A stretch of 64,000 bases of DNA, filler included, from Stramenopiles sp. TOSAG23-2 (GCA_900128395.1; 29 parts of 29 records of this genome joined end to end with filler, not necessarily neighbours in it), one strand, 5' to 3'. Counted from the whole stretch's first letter, positions 23,683 through 35,347 are shown. Program-made: numbers and translations. The notes: a model not told the origin generated them from the letters alone.

Positions 23683-24029
23683 GATGATTATTTTATATTG
23701 TTATTAATCCTTTTCTGTATACCACTCTTGTTTAAAAAAGATATCTTATATATATATATATATACTTTGCAAATAATAATAATAATAATAATAAAGAAAG
23801 TGAAACCAACTAGTTTTTCCTCTGATTTAATATTCGTATGGATATATATCTATATATATAGACATACATGTGTGTATAAACATTTAATATATCTCTTCTA
23901 GAATTCTATTATTTTTGTTTTAATTAAGGCAACAACAAAAACAAAATCCATCCTCCAGGTTGTCTTCATATAATAAAAAAATTATCCACGGCCGCCTTTA
24001 CCTTATTTTCGCACTTTAACTTTAACTTT

Positions 24030-24147
24030 CTTCCCTCAAACCAATTTTTGTAGGGTTTTTTTGAAAACCCTCTCTATACATCTGCTGTGTCCATGTTAAT
24101 TTTTATAACCACTCACTATTGATTTTGATAAAAAAAGGTAGAGAAAC
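24030..24147 (+). repeat. Dispersed repeat R2, with a second copy on the minus strand at about 48389-48505
   Basis: cctctctataca...gtgtccatgtta.tttttataaccactcactattgattttg...aaaaaaggtaga is shared between two contigs. Confidence 0.85.
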
Positions 24148-24394
24148 TGTTACGTATTTGATAGCATTAGGTTTTGTAGTGTCGTTAATTTAAGTATAAA
24201 ATAATGCACACATGTCACACATAGCATCCTCTAAAAAATGCCAAATTCAAATTTAAATAAAAATAATCACCAATATGATTACTTTAGCTATCTTNNNNNN
24301 NNNNNNNNNNNNNNNNNNNNNNNNNNNNNNNNNNNNNNTTAATTAATTAANNNNNNNNNNNNNNNNNNNNNNNNNNNNNNNNNNNNNNNNNNNN

Positions 24395-24863
24395 TGAAAT
24401 TAATTATTGGCATTGTATTGATAATTGCAACTACTGCTTATGGATATCAAAATGTTAAAGGTGGTGATTTGGAACCATGCTCTACAACTGGGATGGCCTT
24501 AACAGGGTTTACAAGGAACTCGAAATGTGTCGACCGTAACGATGATGCAGGTTCTCATCATGTTTGTATCGACATGAGTTCAACTTCCGGTGGAAATTTT
24601 TGTACTGTAACTGGTCAACCTAATTGGTGTAGTGAAAGTATGGTTTGTAATAATGGGAGAGGAATGTGCAACGTTGTGAATTGGTGTGTATGTGAATGGG
24701 CATTTTCAAGCTACATTCAAAAAGCTGGAGGGTGTGATAAAATAGCGAAGATTCATTGTGAAGCAACCAACATGATGGCATTGAAACATTATGAAGAGCA
24801 GCTGGGCATTCTTCTGACGTAAAGTTAGCATTAGAATGTTTGAAACAAAAATGCGCTGTGTAA
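24395..24863 (+). CDS. Secreted, Cys-rich DUF2237-family protein, with a probable 1-nt frameshift near 24798
   Basis: Signal-peptide-like start, NVKGGDLEPCS...LTGFTRN..C.....DAGSHHVC...WCVC...CEATN..AL; the alternative frame gives a plausible end, AGHSSDVKLALECLKQKCAV*. Confidence 0.7.
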
Positions 24864-25251
24864 GAGGAAGAAAACTTCCATGATAGGTATAATAATTTAT
24901 TGATGGTGTTTGATAATATATTAAGTGTGTTTAACTCTTCTTGTTGTGGTGAATATAAATATTAACAAAGAGGCAGAAGAGGAGATGTGATGGATTTTAA
25001 AAGTGTGTTTATATATAATATATAAAACACGAGCCGTATATTTTTATGATAATTAGTTACTCGTACATTTCTTAATATATATATTTTATTTTATTATACG
25101 TTCGTACGCGATATGTATGATCGTACCGAGAAATAAAAATGGAAAAAGATATGAGATATCATACATCCTCCCTCTCGCTCTTTAGAAAAAAACACCGGTG
25201 TACGCGTATTATGTTCCCATCCATGCAAATTTATACGGGTCATTTAAAAAA

Positions 25252-26505
25252 TTAGGCATCTTTAACATCATCCTCCACTGTTACCAAATTACTAGCTAAT
25301 GTACTTGAATGAACTTTCCTTTCCAAGTCTTCCACTCTTTCTGCCATCGTCTTATTCTTATCTGCTGCCGATATATTTTCAGATTTAGACGATGTGAAAT
25401 CATGAGCTACTGCAGCTAATTTTAAGAACACTTGTTCCATCGTTGTCTCCATTAAACCCCATGAAACTATACCAATGGCATCCTTTTGGTCATTCATTTC
25501 TTTAAATGCTTTACTAATTACAACTTCGCCCCTGTCGATGTCATATTTCGAAAGACCTGACATTGGTTCATCAAGTAGAAGTGCTGAAGGGAACAATGAT
25601 TTCACCAACTGATCAACTTCATCATATTTTGCCCGTGTGCTCTCCATGGTCATGATCACTAATGTGTAACCACGACCAAATCGTTGTTTCAATTCATGGG
25701 AATATCCAAGACATTGCATTTCACCATTGGCCATAATACCAATTCGATCACAAAGCACATCGGCTTCTTCCATGGAATGAGTGGTTAATATCATAGATTT
25801 TGAACCCTTTGCTGCTTCAATGACTTCCCATAACTGATGCTTGGATGCAGGATCAAGACCAGTAGAAGGCTCGTCCATGTACAAAATATCTGGGTTCCCA
25901 ACGATCGAGTTAGCCATAGTTAACCTCCGTTTCATTCCACCACTGTAGCCACCTGATAAGCGATCTTTTGCGAATGTTAAACTGACAGATTCCAAGGCAG
26001 CTGCTATCAATTTTTTCACCACTGGCGCTGGTTGCCCTTTCAACCGTGCATAGAATTCCAAATGTTCTCGACCTGTCATCGTATCCCATAAAATATCGTG
26101 TTGAGGGCAGACACCCATACGACCATATATTACAGCCAAATCGGTTAGTATATTGTCCGTGCCAACATATGCATTGCCGCTATCTGGATTTAACAAACCA
26201 GTCAACATATTGATCGTCGTAGTCTTACCAGCGCCATTATGGCCAAGCAAACCAAAACATTCGTGCTTCTTCACTCCAAATGATAAAGATTTTACTGCAG
26301 TGAATTTACCAAAACGCTTATGAAGATTTACTACGCGTATTATACGATCTTCTTCCGTAATCAGCACCGCTTCATGTTCTTTTTGCGTATCTTCCCCGCG
26401 TTTAAAGGAATCCTTTTCACCGGCAGGAACTACATCAAACTTTTTAAGCCCTTCGTCAGTCAATGCAACTTTTTCTTTCCTGTCAAAATAGTTAGTATAA
26501 TATGC
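25252..26505 (-). CDS. ABCA-family transporter, C-terminal nucleotide-binding domain, 5'-partial
   Basis: ECFGLLGHNGAGKTT, MGVCPQHDILW, YSGGMKRRL, DEPSTGLDP, ILTTHSMEEADVLCDRIGIM. Confidence 0.95.
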   Translation of the reverse strand, partial: AYYTNYFDRKEKVALTDEGLKKFDVVPAGEKDSFKRGEDTQKEHEAVLITEEDRIIRVVNLHKRFGKFTAVKSLSFGVKKHECFGLLGHNGAGKTTTINMLTGLLNPDSGNAYVGTDNILTDLAVIYGRMGVCPQHDILWDTMTGREHLEFYARLKGQPAPVVKKLIAAALESVSLTFAKDRLSGGYSGGMKRRLTMANSIVGNPDILYMDEPSTGLDPASKHQLWEVIEAAKGSKSMILTTHSMEEADVLCDRIGIMANGEMQCLGYSHELKQRFGRGYTLVIMTMESTRAKYDEVDQLVKSLFPSALLLDEPMSGLSKYDIDRGEVVISKAFKEMNDQKDAIGIVSWGLMETTMEQVFLKLAAVAHDFTSSKSENISAADKNKTMAERVEDLERKVHSSTLASNLVTVEDDVKDA

Positions 26506-26605
26506 NNNNNNNNNNNNNNNNNNNNNNNNNNNNNNNNNNNNNNNNNNNNTTAATTAATTAANNNNNNNNNNNNNNNNNNNNNNNNNNNNNNNNNNNNNNN
26601 NNNNN

Positions 26606-28344
26606 TTTTAGAGCCAATCCGTACCTTGTTCGACAATGTTATGGAAGAGAAAAAAAACAAAAAAGGTAAATTAAAATGGAAAAAAATGATCAAAACTTTA
26701 GGTGTAAACATGAAAAAAGACGACATGGAAGTTACCCCAGGTAAACCATTGTTAAAACGTATCATGCAAAAATGGTTGCCAGCAGCTGAATCTTTATTGG
26801 AGATGATTGTTGTGCATTTGCCTGATCCTGCAAAAGCACAAGCATACCGTGTTGAAGGTTTATATGAAGGTCCAATGGACGATGAATGCGCAAATGGTAT
26901 CAGAGAGTGCAACAAAAATGGTCCATTGATGATGTACGTATCAAAGATGATCCCAGCAGATTCATCTAACTCTCGTTTCTACGCATTCGGCCGTGTATTT
27001 TCCGGTATGGTAAAAACTGGCCAAAAAGTACGTTTGATGACCCCAGAATATGTTCCAGGTAAAAAAACTGGTTTATATTTGAAATCCATCCAAAGAACCG
27101 TAATCATGATGGGACGTTATGTTGAACAAGTTCAAGATATCCCAGCAGGTAACACTTGTGGTTTAGTTGGTATTGACCAATACATTATTAAAACCGGTAC
27201 TGTTTCCACCTCCGAAGTTGCACATAACTTCAAAACCATGAAATACAGTGTAAGTCCAGTTGTTCGTGTTGCTGTTGAAGTTAAAAATGCACAAGATTTG
27301 CCAAAATTGGTTGAAGGTTTAAAACGTTTAAGTAAATCCGATCCTTTAGTTGTTTGTACCTCTGATGAAAACTCCGGTGAACATATCGTTGCTGGTGCAG
27401 GGGAATTGCATTTGGAAATTTGCTTGAAAGATTTACAAGAAGATTTCATGTCAGGTGCACCAATCCGTATCTCCGACCCAGTTGTTTCCTACAGAGAAAC
27501 TACCACTAAATGTGGTAAACAAGTTTTAAGTAAATCACCAAATAAACATAATCGTTTATATGTTATCGGTGATACTTTCGCAACCAGTGGTTTAGCTGAA
27601 GATATTGATCCACGTGACGGTCAACCAAAAATTACCCCACGTGACGATCCTAAAGTACGTGGTCGTTACTTGGCAGATACCTACGGATGGGATATCGGTG
27701 AGGCACGTAAAATCTGGTGCTTCGGCCCAGAAGGAACTGGCCCAAATATGTTAATTGACTCCAGTAAAGGTGTACAATATTTGAACGAGATCAAAGATAG
27801 TTTCGTTGGTGGTTTCCAATGGGCAACCAAAGAAGGTCCAATGGCTGATGAAAATTGCCGTGGTGTTTTGGTGAAAATTCAAGATGTTACATTGCATGCT
27901 GATGCTATCCATCGTGGTGGTGGTCAAATTATTCCAACCGCACGTCGTGTTATCTACGCTTCTATTTTAACTTCAGGCCCAGCATTGATGGAACCTGTTT
28001 ACCTTGCAGAAATTCAAGTACCACAAGATGTTATGGGTAACTGTTACGGTGTTGTTACACGTCGTCGTGGGCATGTTTTCGATGAAATCCAGCAACAAGG
28101 TACACCAATGATCAACTTGAAAGCATATTTACCAGTAGGAGAATCATTCGGCTTCACCAAAGATTTACGTAGTAACACCGGAGGTAAAGCTTTCCCACAA
28201 TGTGTATTCGACCATTGGGAGTTAATTGACTCCGATCCATACAAAGAAGGTACTATGTGCGAAAAACTTGTTTTGGAGATCCGTAAACGTAAAGGTCTTA
28301 AACCAGAGATTCCACCAGTTAGTAAATTTGAAGATAAATTGTAA
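26606..28344 (+). CDS. EEF2: Translation elongation factor 2, 5'-partial
   Basis: [43 protein letters not shown], diphthamide motif [25 protein letters not shown]. Confidence 0.99.
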
Positions 28345-28816
28345 AGAACTTATGTTATGCATAAGGATGTTGCTAAATTACATCAATAGGATGCAAAAAA
28401 TTTTTGTTTGAAACTAGAAAGACGATATATTTGAAAACGAAGCTTTCAAAAGAAAACTTTAGTTTGAGAGAGAGAGACAAGAAATGAGAGGAGAAATTTT
28501 ATTTCTTACGAGTATTATTTAAATTAAAAACGGAAGAAAAAAAAGAGAAGAGAGATAAAGAAAATAGATGAACCATACGTGTGTGAAGTATTTATATTTG
28601 ATGTGTGTGGTTAAAATATCTAAGTTATGATTATATATAATATTATAATTTTACTTCCCTGGGTACAATTTATTCCCCACCCTCTTCATATTTTTCATCA
28701 ATGATAGGTTGATAACNNNNNNNNNNNNNNNNNNNNNNNNNNNNNNNNNNNNNNNNNNNNTTAATTAATTAANNNNNNNNNNNNNNNNNNNNNNNNNNNN
28801 NNNNNNNNNNNNNNNN

Positions 28817-30544
28817 AATTTAATCATAATAATATACGTCATCGTAATAGCTTTTTATTCTGGGAATATTAATGGAGTCAATGCTGAGGATGGGAACTAT
28901 CCTATTGTAAATACACGTTCTGGCCGTGTTCAAGGACGTACGACGAAACAACTTGGTGGATATGTTGAAAAATTTTTGGGTATTCCATTTGCACAACCAC
29001 CTGTAGGTGAATTACGATGGCGTTCACCAATTCAAGAGAAATCATGGACAGACATAAGGCAAGCACAAAAATTTTATTCAGCATGTATGCAAAACGAAAA
29101 TAGTATGGTCGAACTACCACCGTTACAAATACAAGAAGATTGTCTTTATTTAAATGTATTTAGAAAGACAAGTGCTAATTCTACAAAAAATAAAAATGCT
29201 ACTGATGGAATTCCTGTTATGTTATTTTTCCATGGTGGTGGATATTCATTAGGTGCATCAGGATTCTTTCTATATGACGGTTCGGAACGTTTAATGCAGA
29301 CGGAAGATGATATTATTATTGTCACTTCAAATTATAGGTTAGGTGTTTTTGGTTATCTTGGTGGAGATGAATTGAGGGATGATACTGCAAGTGGTGCAAA
29401 TTCGACTGGGAATTGGGGGTTTCAAGACCAAAGAGCAGCTATGGAATGGGTGAAAGAGAGTATTGCTAATTTTGGTGGTGATCCAAATAAAGTTACCATC
29501 TTCGGGGAAAGTGCTGGAGCAGGTAGTACAAGCGTACATTTATTAGCACCAAAATCAAATGGATTGTTTCATCGTGCAATTATTGAAAGTGGCCCACCAA
29601 TGGCAGTATGGGTGACAAGACCACTAGCAGATGCTAATGCACAATATAATCGTGTACAGGCATATTTGAAATGTACAAATCCAACTTGTTTACGAAGTTT
29701 TAATGCTAGTGTTATCTTAGATGCAGGATCTCATAGTCGTGGACCACATACAAAGGTTAAAGATATTTCATGGGCACCATTAATCGATATGGTGGAATTG
29801 AATGATACACCTTCTTCATTGTTAAACAAAGGATTGATAAATAAAGTCCCGGTTGTTATGGGTACAAATCGTAATGAAGGGACAATATTAGTGCCTGGAC
29901 TTGTAAAACAATTGCAAAAAAACAAGACAAATTATAACAATACGTTACAACAATTACTTGGTGAGAAACTTGGCGTAGAAGTTGCAAAGGAATATTTATT
30001 ACAAGATTATCCTGAACCGGCAGCTTGGTGGGCAGCTACTACTGCATTTGGAGATGTTGCTATGACATGTCCATCACGTGAAAGTGCCCGGTTATTATCA
30101 AAAGCTGGTGTTCCAGTATGGTTATATTTTTTAAATCATGAATTAGATGCCATGAAATCTGTTTTAAGTTTTTTACATTATGGTGTATTTCATGGCACAG
30201 ATTTAATATTTGTATGGAATAAAAGCTTAGTCCTTTTTAGTGAGGCGGAGCAACAATTGGCGGAAACATTTGGTAAAATGTGGACATCAATGGCTATACA
30301 TGGTGATCCAACTGTTACAAGTAAAGTAAATTGGCCAAAATATAATGAAACAAATGATATTAATTTAAGAATCGATATACCATTTAGTATAGAAACTGGA
30401 TTAAAAAAAGAAAAATGCGATTGGTGGAAAACGCATCCATTTGATCCAAATAATATTACAAGTGTTCATACGATTTTTAATGATGATATAGGTAGCAATG
30501 GTGTAGATGCATATAATGATATTTGGAAACAACTTTATCATTAA
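28817..30544 (+). CDS. Type-B carboxylesterase (cholinesterase-like alpha/beta hydrolase); the frame is open to the contig start
   Basis: FLGIPFAQPPVGELRW, EDCLYLNV, HGGG, NYRLGVFG, FGESAG nucleophile, GTNRNEG, HGTDL. Confidence 0.95.
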   Translation, partial: NLIIIIYVIVIAFYSGNINGVNAEDGNYPIVNTRSGRVQGRTTKQLGGYVEKFLGIPFAQPPVGELRWRSPIQEKSWTDIRQAQKFYSACMQNENSMVELPPLQIQEDCLYLNVFRKTSANSTKNKNATDGIPVMLFFHGGGYSLGASGFFLYDGSERLMQTEDDIIIVTSNYRLGVFGYLGGDELRDDTASGANSTGNWGFQDQRAAMEWVKESIANFGGDPNKVTIFGESAGAGSTSVHLLAPKSNGLFHRAIIESGPPMAVWVTRPLADANAQYNRVQAYLKCTNPTCLRSFNASVILDAGSHSRGPHTKVKDISWAPLIDMVELNDTPSSLLNKGLINKVPVVMGTNRNEGTILVPGLVKQLQKNKTNYNNTLQQLLGEKLGVEVAKEYLLQDYPEPAAWWAATTAFGDVAMTCPSRESARLLSKAGVPVWLYFLNHELDAMKSVLSFLHYGVFHGTDLIFVWNKSLVLFSEAEQQLAETFGKMWTSMAIHGDPTVTSKVNWPKYNETNDINLRIDIPFSIETGLKKEKCDWWKTHPFDPNNITSVHTIFNDDIGSNGVDAYNDIWKQLYH

Positions 30545-31027
30545 AAATAAACGAAAAAAATATAAAAATAAAAAATAAAAAGAAATACTTTATAAAGGTA
30601 CTCTCGTATAGCAATGGTGTAGATGCATATAATGATATTTGGAAACAACTTTATCATTAAAAACGAAAAAAATATAAAGGGAAAAAAGAGAGCGAGAATT
30701 TAAATTAGAATAAAAGTGTGTTTTTAATTATAAAAATAATAATAGCACACATTTATTTCTTAATAATATTAATATTATATGCACTTAATATAGGATAATA
30801 AAATAATAAATAATATATTATATTTCGTGTGGTATGGTATATCATAATCTTTCAATTTCTTTCTTCTTCTACTTATTGTGTTTAAATACTGTAAGATATA
30901 TATAGGGCGCAAGATGAATGAATTACANNNNNNNNNNNNNNNNNNNNNNNNNNNNNNNNNNNNNNNNNNNNTTAATTAATTAANNNNNNNNNNNNNNNNN
31001 NNNNNNNNNNNNNNNNNNNNNNNNNNN

Positions 31028-31624
31028 CATCCAGCGAGAAGACTTTATTTATTAATTGAAAGATATCAAAGAGAGTTTCCACATGGTACACCTTTCGTAT
31101 GTGCATGTGAACATGGACGTATGGATGATGTAGAATTATTTATGAATCTTCATCCTTTTCACAAGTATATTACTAATCGTGATGTGAATGGCTACAGAGA
31201 TGATATGACATTGAAAGATATGGTGAGTCAAGTCGGTAAAAATAGTGGTGGTGGTGAACATACACCTTTAATGGCAGCTGCAACGTGGGAACATTTACAC
31301 GTAGTTCAATATTTAATTGAACAAGGTGAAGCTGATCCTAATATTGCATATGGATATGGAATGAATGCATTACATTGTGCAGCATGTAATAACAGAATGA
31401 ATACTGAGTTGATTCAGCTCTTGTTGGATAACATGTCTCTTGATAGTATTAACCAGGATTGGGGGGGAGAAACTCCATTAGACTGGTGTTATAGTTCGAA
31501 TGATAGTCCAATTCGCCAAGAGATCATTGCACTTTTACGTTCAAAAGGTGGAATTGCAAATTATCATCATGATGAAAATGGCAATGGTATAGAATCAGAA
31601 GATGAAGAAGAAGACGATTATTAA
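31028..31624 (+). CDS. Ankyrin-repeat family protein, 5'-partial
   Basis: EFPHGTPFVCACEHGR, HTPLMAAA, GMNALHCAA, GETPLDW. Confidence 0.88.
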   Translation, partial: HPARRLYLLIERYQREFPHGTPFVCACEHGRMDDVELFMNLHPFHKYITNRDVNGYRDDMTLKDMVSQVGKNSGGGEHTPLMAAATWEHLHVVQYLIEQGEADPNIAYGYGMNALHCAACNNRMNTELIQLLLDNMSLDSINQDWGGETPLDWCYSSNDSPIRQEIIALLRSKGGIANYHHDENGNGIESEDEEEDDY

Positions 31625-32025
31625 AATCAAGAAAGGGGAAGAGAGAAATAATATAGCGTTGAACATGTAATAAAATATATAACCAAAAGCATCTAAAAAC
31701 ATCTATCTATGTGTACATCTTTCATTTTTCCATCTCTTGAAACCTCTCCTTCTCTTTCAACCATCTTTCTCTTCTTCGTCGTCGTCCATCTCTTTTTTCA
31801 CCTTTTCTTTTTTGATGCATTTTTGACTTGAAAAATGCTTGCTACTATACTATCTCGCTCCGTCCAACTTTATATACAACAATAATATAATAAAAGAATA
31901 TATAGTGCAATAGAAAGAAGAAAAAAGAATTGAAAACTTACAATTATTTTAATTTCCTTTGTCTGAATAAGATCAATTTACATTAATAATAATAAAAATA
32001 AACAACCACTACAACAACAATAACT

Positions 32026-32985
32026 ATGCCATTATATCCAGCGTTAGATAAATTAGCATATCAAGAACCAATGTTATTGGATGAAAGGTGGGTAATGTCA
32101 TACGCCGCTGGATTAAAAGATTATAATAAAAATGCATATTTCAATACTACAAAAGATAATCCACTTGGCCCAATTACAGCACATCCATGTTTATATTGGG
32201 CTATATCATGGCCTTTTATGTGGAATCGTGCAAAAGAATTTCTAAAAGAGCCAATGACGCCACAAGAAGCTGGACGCGGAGTTCATTATAGTGAAGATGT
32301 AATAATTCATCAACCTTTGAAATCAAACACAAATATAAAAATGTCGTGTCAGGCAGTTGAAGCATTGCAAAAAAAGAAAGGATGTACGCTTTTAACAAAA
32401 TATGATATGTATGATAGCAAGACAAATGAATTATTATTGACACATTGGACCACTTCTTATTATAGAGGTGTTGAATTGAAAGGTGGCGATGTACACACAA
32501 ATGATTTGCAGAATAATTTACCACCACCTATTGTCATTCAATCAGAAGCCGTTGTCTCATCTTCCCCAATCATGGAGCGATCCATTTCCATTGCATTTAA
32601 TGAAGCACATGTCTATACTGAATGTTCCCGTATATGGAATCCTATTCATACTAATTTAAAAGTTGCATTAGCAGCTGGTTTACCAGATATTATTTTACAT
32701 GGAACTGGTACATTTGCAAAAGCAACAACAGAATTAATTAATATGTTTGAACCGAACAAAAACCCAAAAAATGTCAAACGTGTTGTATGTGGATCATTTT
32801 CAGCAAATGTTTTAATGCCATCTACAATTAAATTACGAATCTTTTCAGTCGAAGAAATAAATGATGAAAAAATTGTACATTGGGATGTTTTAAATGAAGA
32901 AAAACAACAAGCAATACGTGGTGGTGTCATTATCTTCCGAATCGATAAACAAAAAAGTTATAATAGTAGTGGTAGTAAACTTTAA
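32026..32985 (+). CDS. MaoC-type double-hotdog dehydratase/hydratase-2-like protein with peroxisomal PTS1 (-SKL)
   Basis: GVHYSEDVIIHQPL, WNPIH...AGLPDIILHG, FSANVLMP; C-terminal SKL. Confidence 0.8.
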   Translation: MPLYPALDKLAYQEPMLLDERWVMSYAAGLKDYNKNAYFNTTKDNPLGPITAHPCLYWAISWPFMWNRAKEFLKEPMTPQEAGRGVHYSEDVIIHQPLKSNTNIKMSCQAVEALQKKKGCTLLTKYDMYDSKTNELLLTHWTTSYYRGVELKGGDVHTNDLQNNLPPPIVIQSEAVVSSSPIMERSISIAFNEAHVYTECSRIWNPIHTNLKVALAAGLPDIILHGTGTFAKATTELINMFEPNKNPKNVKRVVCGSFSANVLMPSTIKLRIFSVEEINDEKIVHWDVLNEEKQQAIRGGVIIFRIDKQKSYNSSGSKL

Positions 32986-33058
32986 GAAAATGATTTTATA
33001 AAAAATGCGCATGGAAGGATATAGAAACCTAAATATATTATTAGTTTGCAGAGGTGCA

Positions 33059-33137
33059 TTAGAGCTTTACTATTAGGATAGAATATTATTCTTGCGATTG
33101 AGTATTGAGCATATTACTTAACACGAGAAGTGTAAAA
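33059..33137 (+). repeat. Dispersed repeat R1, with other copies at about 55040-55151, 55669-55857 and 61937-62054
   Basis: ttagagctttacta...ggatagaatattattcttgcgattgagtattgagca...gagaagtgtaaaa(...tagattttaacca) occurs in four contigs. Confidence 0.85.
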
Positions 33138-34119
33138 NNNNNNNNNNNNNNNNNNNNNNNNNNNNNNNNNNNNNNNNNNNNTTAATTAATTAANNNNNNN
33201 NNNNNNNNNNNNNNNNNNNNNNNNNNNNNNNNNNNNNTTGTTTTGCTTGTGCAGATGCTGCAATCATAATGATGAAGTAGTGTATATATATATATATATA
33301 TATATATTAATGCTAAAAATAAAAGAGAAGGAAATTCACTATATTCGTTCGTTTCTTCTTGCTTATGTATAATTTTAATTTCTTTTTGATATTCTATTTT
33401 ATTTTGAAATACAACATACATGTTTTTTAGTGGTGGTGTTTTATTATATTGAATATATTTTTTTGTGATAATAAAAAAAAATTCAAAAAAAAAAAAAAAA
33501 ATCAATAATAATATTACCTGATAATTAGAATAATACAAGCTGGCAAGCCCCAGCGGGCCAGCAAGTGTAGATCCTGGTGGTAATCCAATTAGCACATTGG
33601 TAATAGTAGAATTATCATAGTCTAAAAAAAAAAAAAAAAAAAAAAAATCATACAGTAACACAGTATAACCATCAGTATATCAGCACAGTAGATACGCTAG
33701 CTAGAGCTACACTCCGATTGTGGTGCGAAGTGGATTTGCTCGTTAAGGTTTCCTGAGTATCAGCACAGTATATACAGTAAAATCAGTCCAGCGTAATCAG
33801 GAGGAGGAATCTCTGGAAATCCTTGAAAATCCATGGAAAAATCCTTCCTACTGTTTGCACAGTAATAATGACGGAATCAATGCTAATTCCTTCCTAATAT
33901 TTCCACGTAGGAGTTTCATATTAATAAAGTATATTATTGCTTTTTTGTACACATTTGCAATTTGCATTATTAAATTATATATACATACAATGTAAGTGAA
34001 ATATAAATACCTAATACATGTAAATACATACAGAGATGCCATACATACTGTACATTATCAGGGACATATATAGATAAATCAGAACAAGAATATTATGCAA
34101 AAAGAATAACGCATGAATT

Positions 34120-34644
34120 ATGAAAGATAATATTTATTATATTGTATCGATCTTTATATGTATATGTATTAGCATAAATGTTAAACAAATTTCTGCACAA
34201 ACTACAACAACAACTTTAGCTGGAGGAACTACTACAACGAACGGTTTAACATCCACTACAACAAATGGACCAACAACTACAAATGGACCAACAACGTCAA
34301 CAATGACAACAACAACTTATTCCCCAGGTACTACAACGACAACAACCAATACACCGACTACAACAAATACACCAACTACAACAGAAGCACCACAATTATG
34401 CTATGCCAGTAAAGGAGAAAATGAAGCATGTTGTGATCAACCAAGTCATACTATAAATCAAACGTCTGGTTATGTATGTGCAAGTGATTCAAAGCCTAGA
34501 TGTGTAGGATACCTAGTAAATGCACCTGCAACAACAACAACAACCACAATCGCCGCAGCAGCAGCAACAACAACCACAATCGCCGCAGCAACAACATCAT
34601 CCGTTGCTACCACCACAACTATATCTAATAATAACAACGACTGA
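34120..34644 (+). CDS. Secreted mucin-like Thr-rich protein with a small Cys-rich module
   Basis: Signal-peptide-like N-terminus; poly-Thr/Pro tracts flank LCYASKGENEACCDQPSH...YVCASDSKPRC. Confidence 0.6.
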   Translation: MKDNIYYIVSIFICICISINVKQISAQTTTTTLAGGTTTTNGLTSTTTNGPTTTNGPTTSTMTTTTYSPGTTTTTTNTPTTTNTPTTTEAPQLCYASKGENEACCDQPSHTINQTSGYVCASDSKPRCVGYLVNAPATTTTTTIAAAAATTTTIAAATTSSVATTTTISNNNND

Positions 34645-35081
34645 ATGAATAATCTCTTCACACATCTATTTATTATGTAGTAACTAAACGAGTGAGTATA
34701 TATCTAATAACAACAACAACTGAATGAATAATTTCTTCACACATCTTCTATTTTTTTTGTACAAGGCCCTTCTTTTTACTTCGACCTATCCTTTCGAATT
34801 TTCCTCACCTCCTCTACTCGCCCGGCCAGGCCCAGCAGGCTGGCAGGCCACTATTTAAAACAATACACTATTGATTTTTAGAAATAGCATACAGTATGTA
34901 AAGCATTGTAACCATAGCATTATCCCTAAATTATTATAATAGCTAGCTCTATATAGGGCCGTATTGTACTCTGGGTACTCTGGACACTAGAGATTTTCTG
35001 CCAGTAAAGCTACCCTGACAAGTGACAAGGAAAGCTGGAAAGCCGTATTGTATGTTGTTGCAAAATGCATACTGGCATACA

Positions 35082-35347
35082 CCTTGTAAATGAGAAGGAT
35101 TTCAAAACCGGGTTTAATTTAAGTACTAATATAGTATACTAATTTATGTATATTTGATACAGAGGTATTGGAGATTACAAAAAATCCAAAAACAGCCAAT
35201 AGTTATTTTGATGAATAAACTAAGAATATCCGATTTTTGGTAATATCCAATACCTCCCTATCAAACATATATAAATTAGTACACTAAATTAGTACTTAAA
35301 TTAAACCCGGTTTTGAAATCCACTAATAATCCTTCTCATTTACAAGG
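35082..35347. mobile_element. Foldback/MITE-like element with diverged inverted arms of about 105-115 bp; runs to the contig end
   Basis: ccttgtaaatgagaaggatttcaaaaccgggtttaatttaagtactaat... pairs with ...attagtacttaaattaaacccggttttgaaatcc[actaataatcc]ttctcatttacaagg. Confidence 0.7.
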
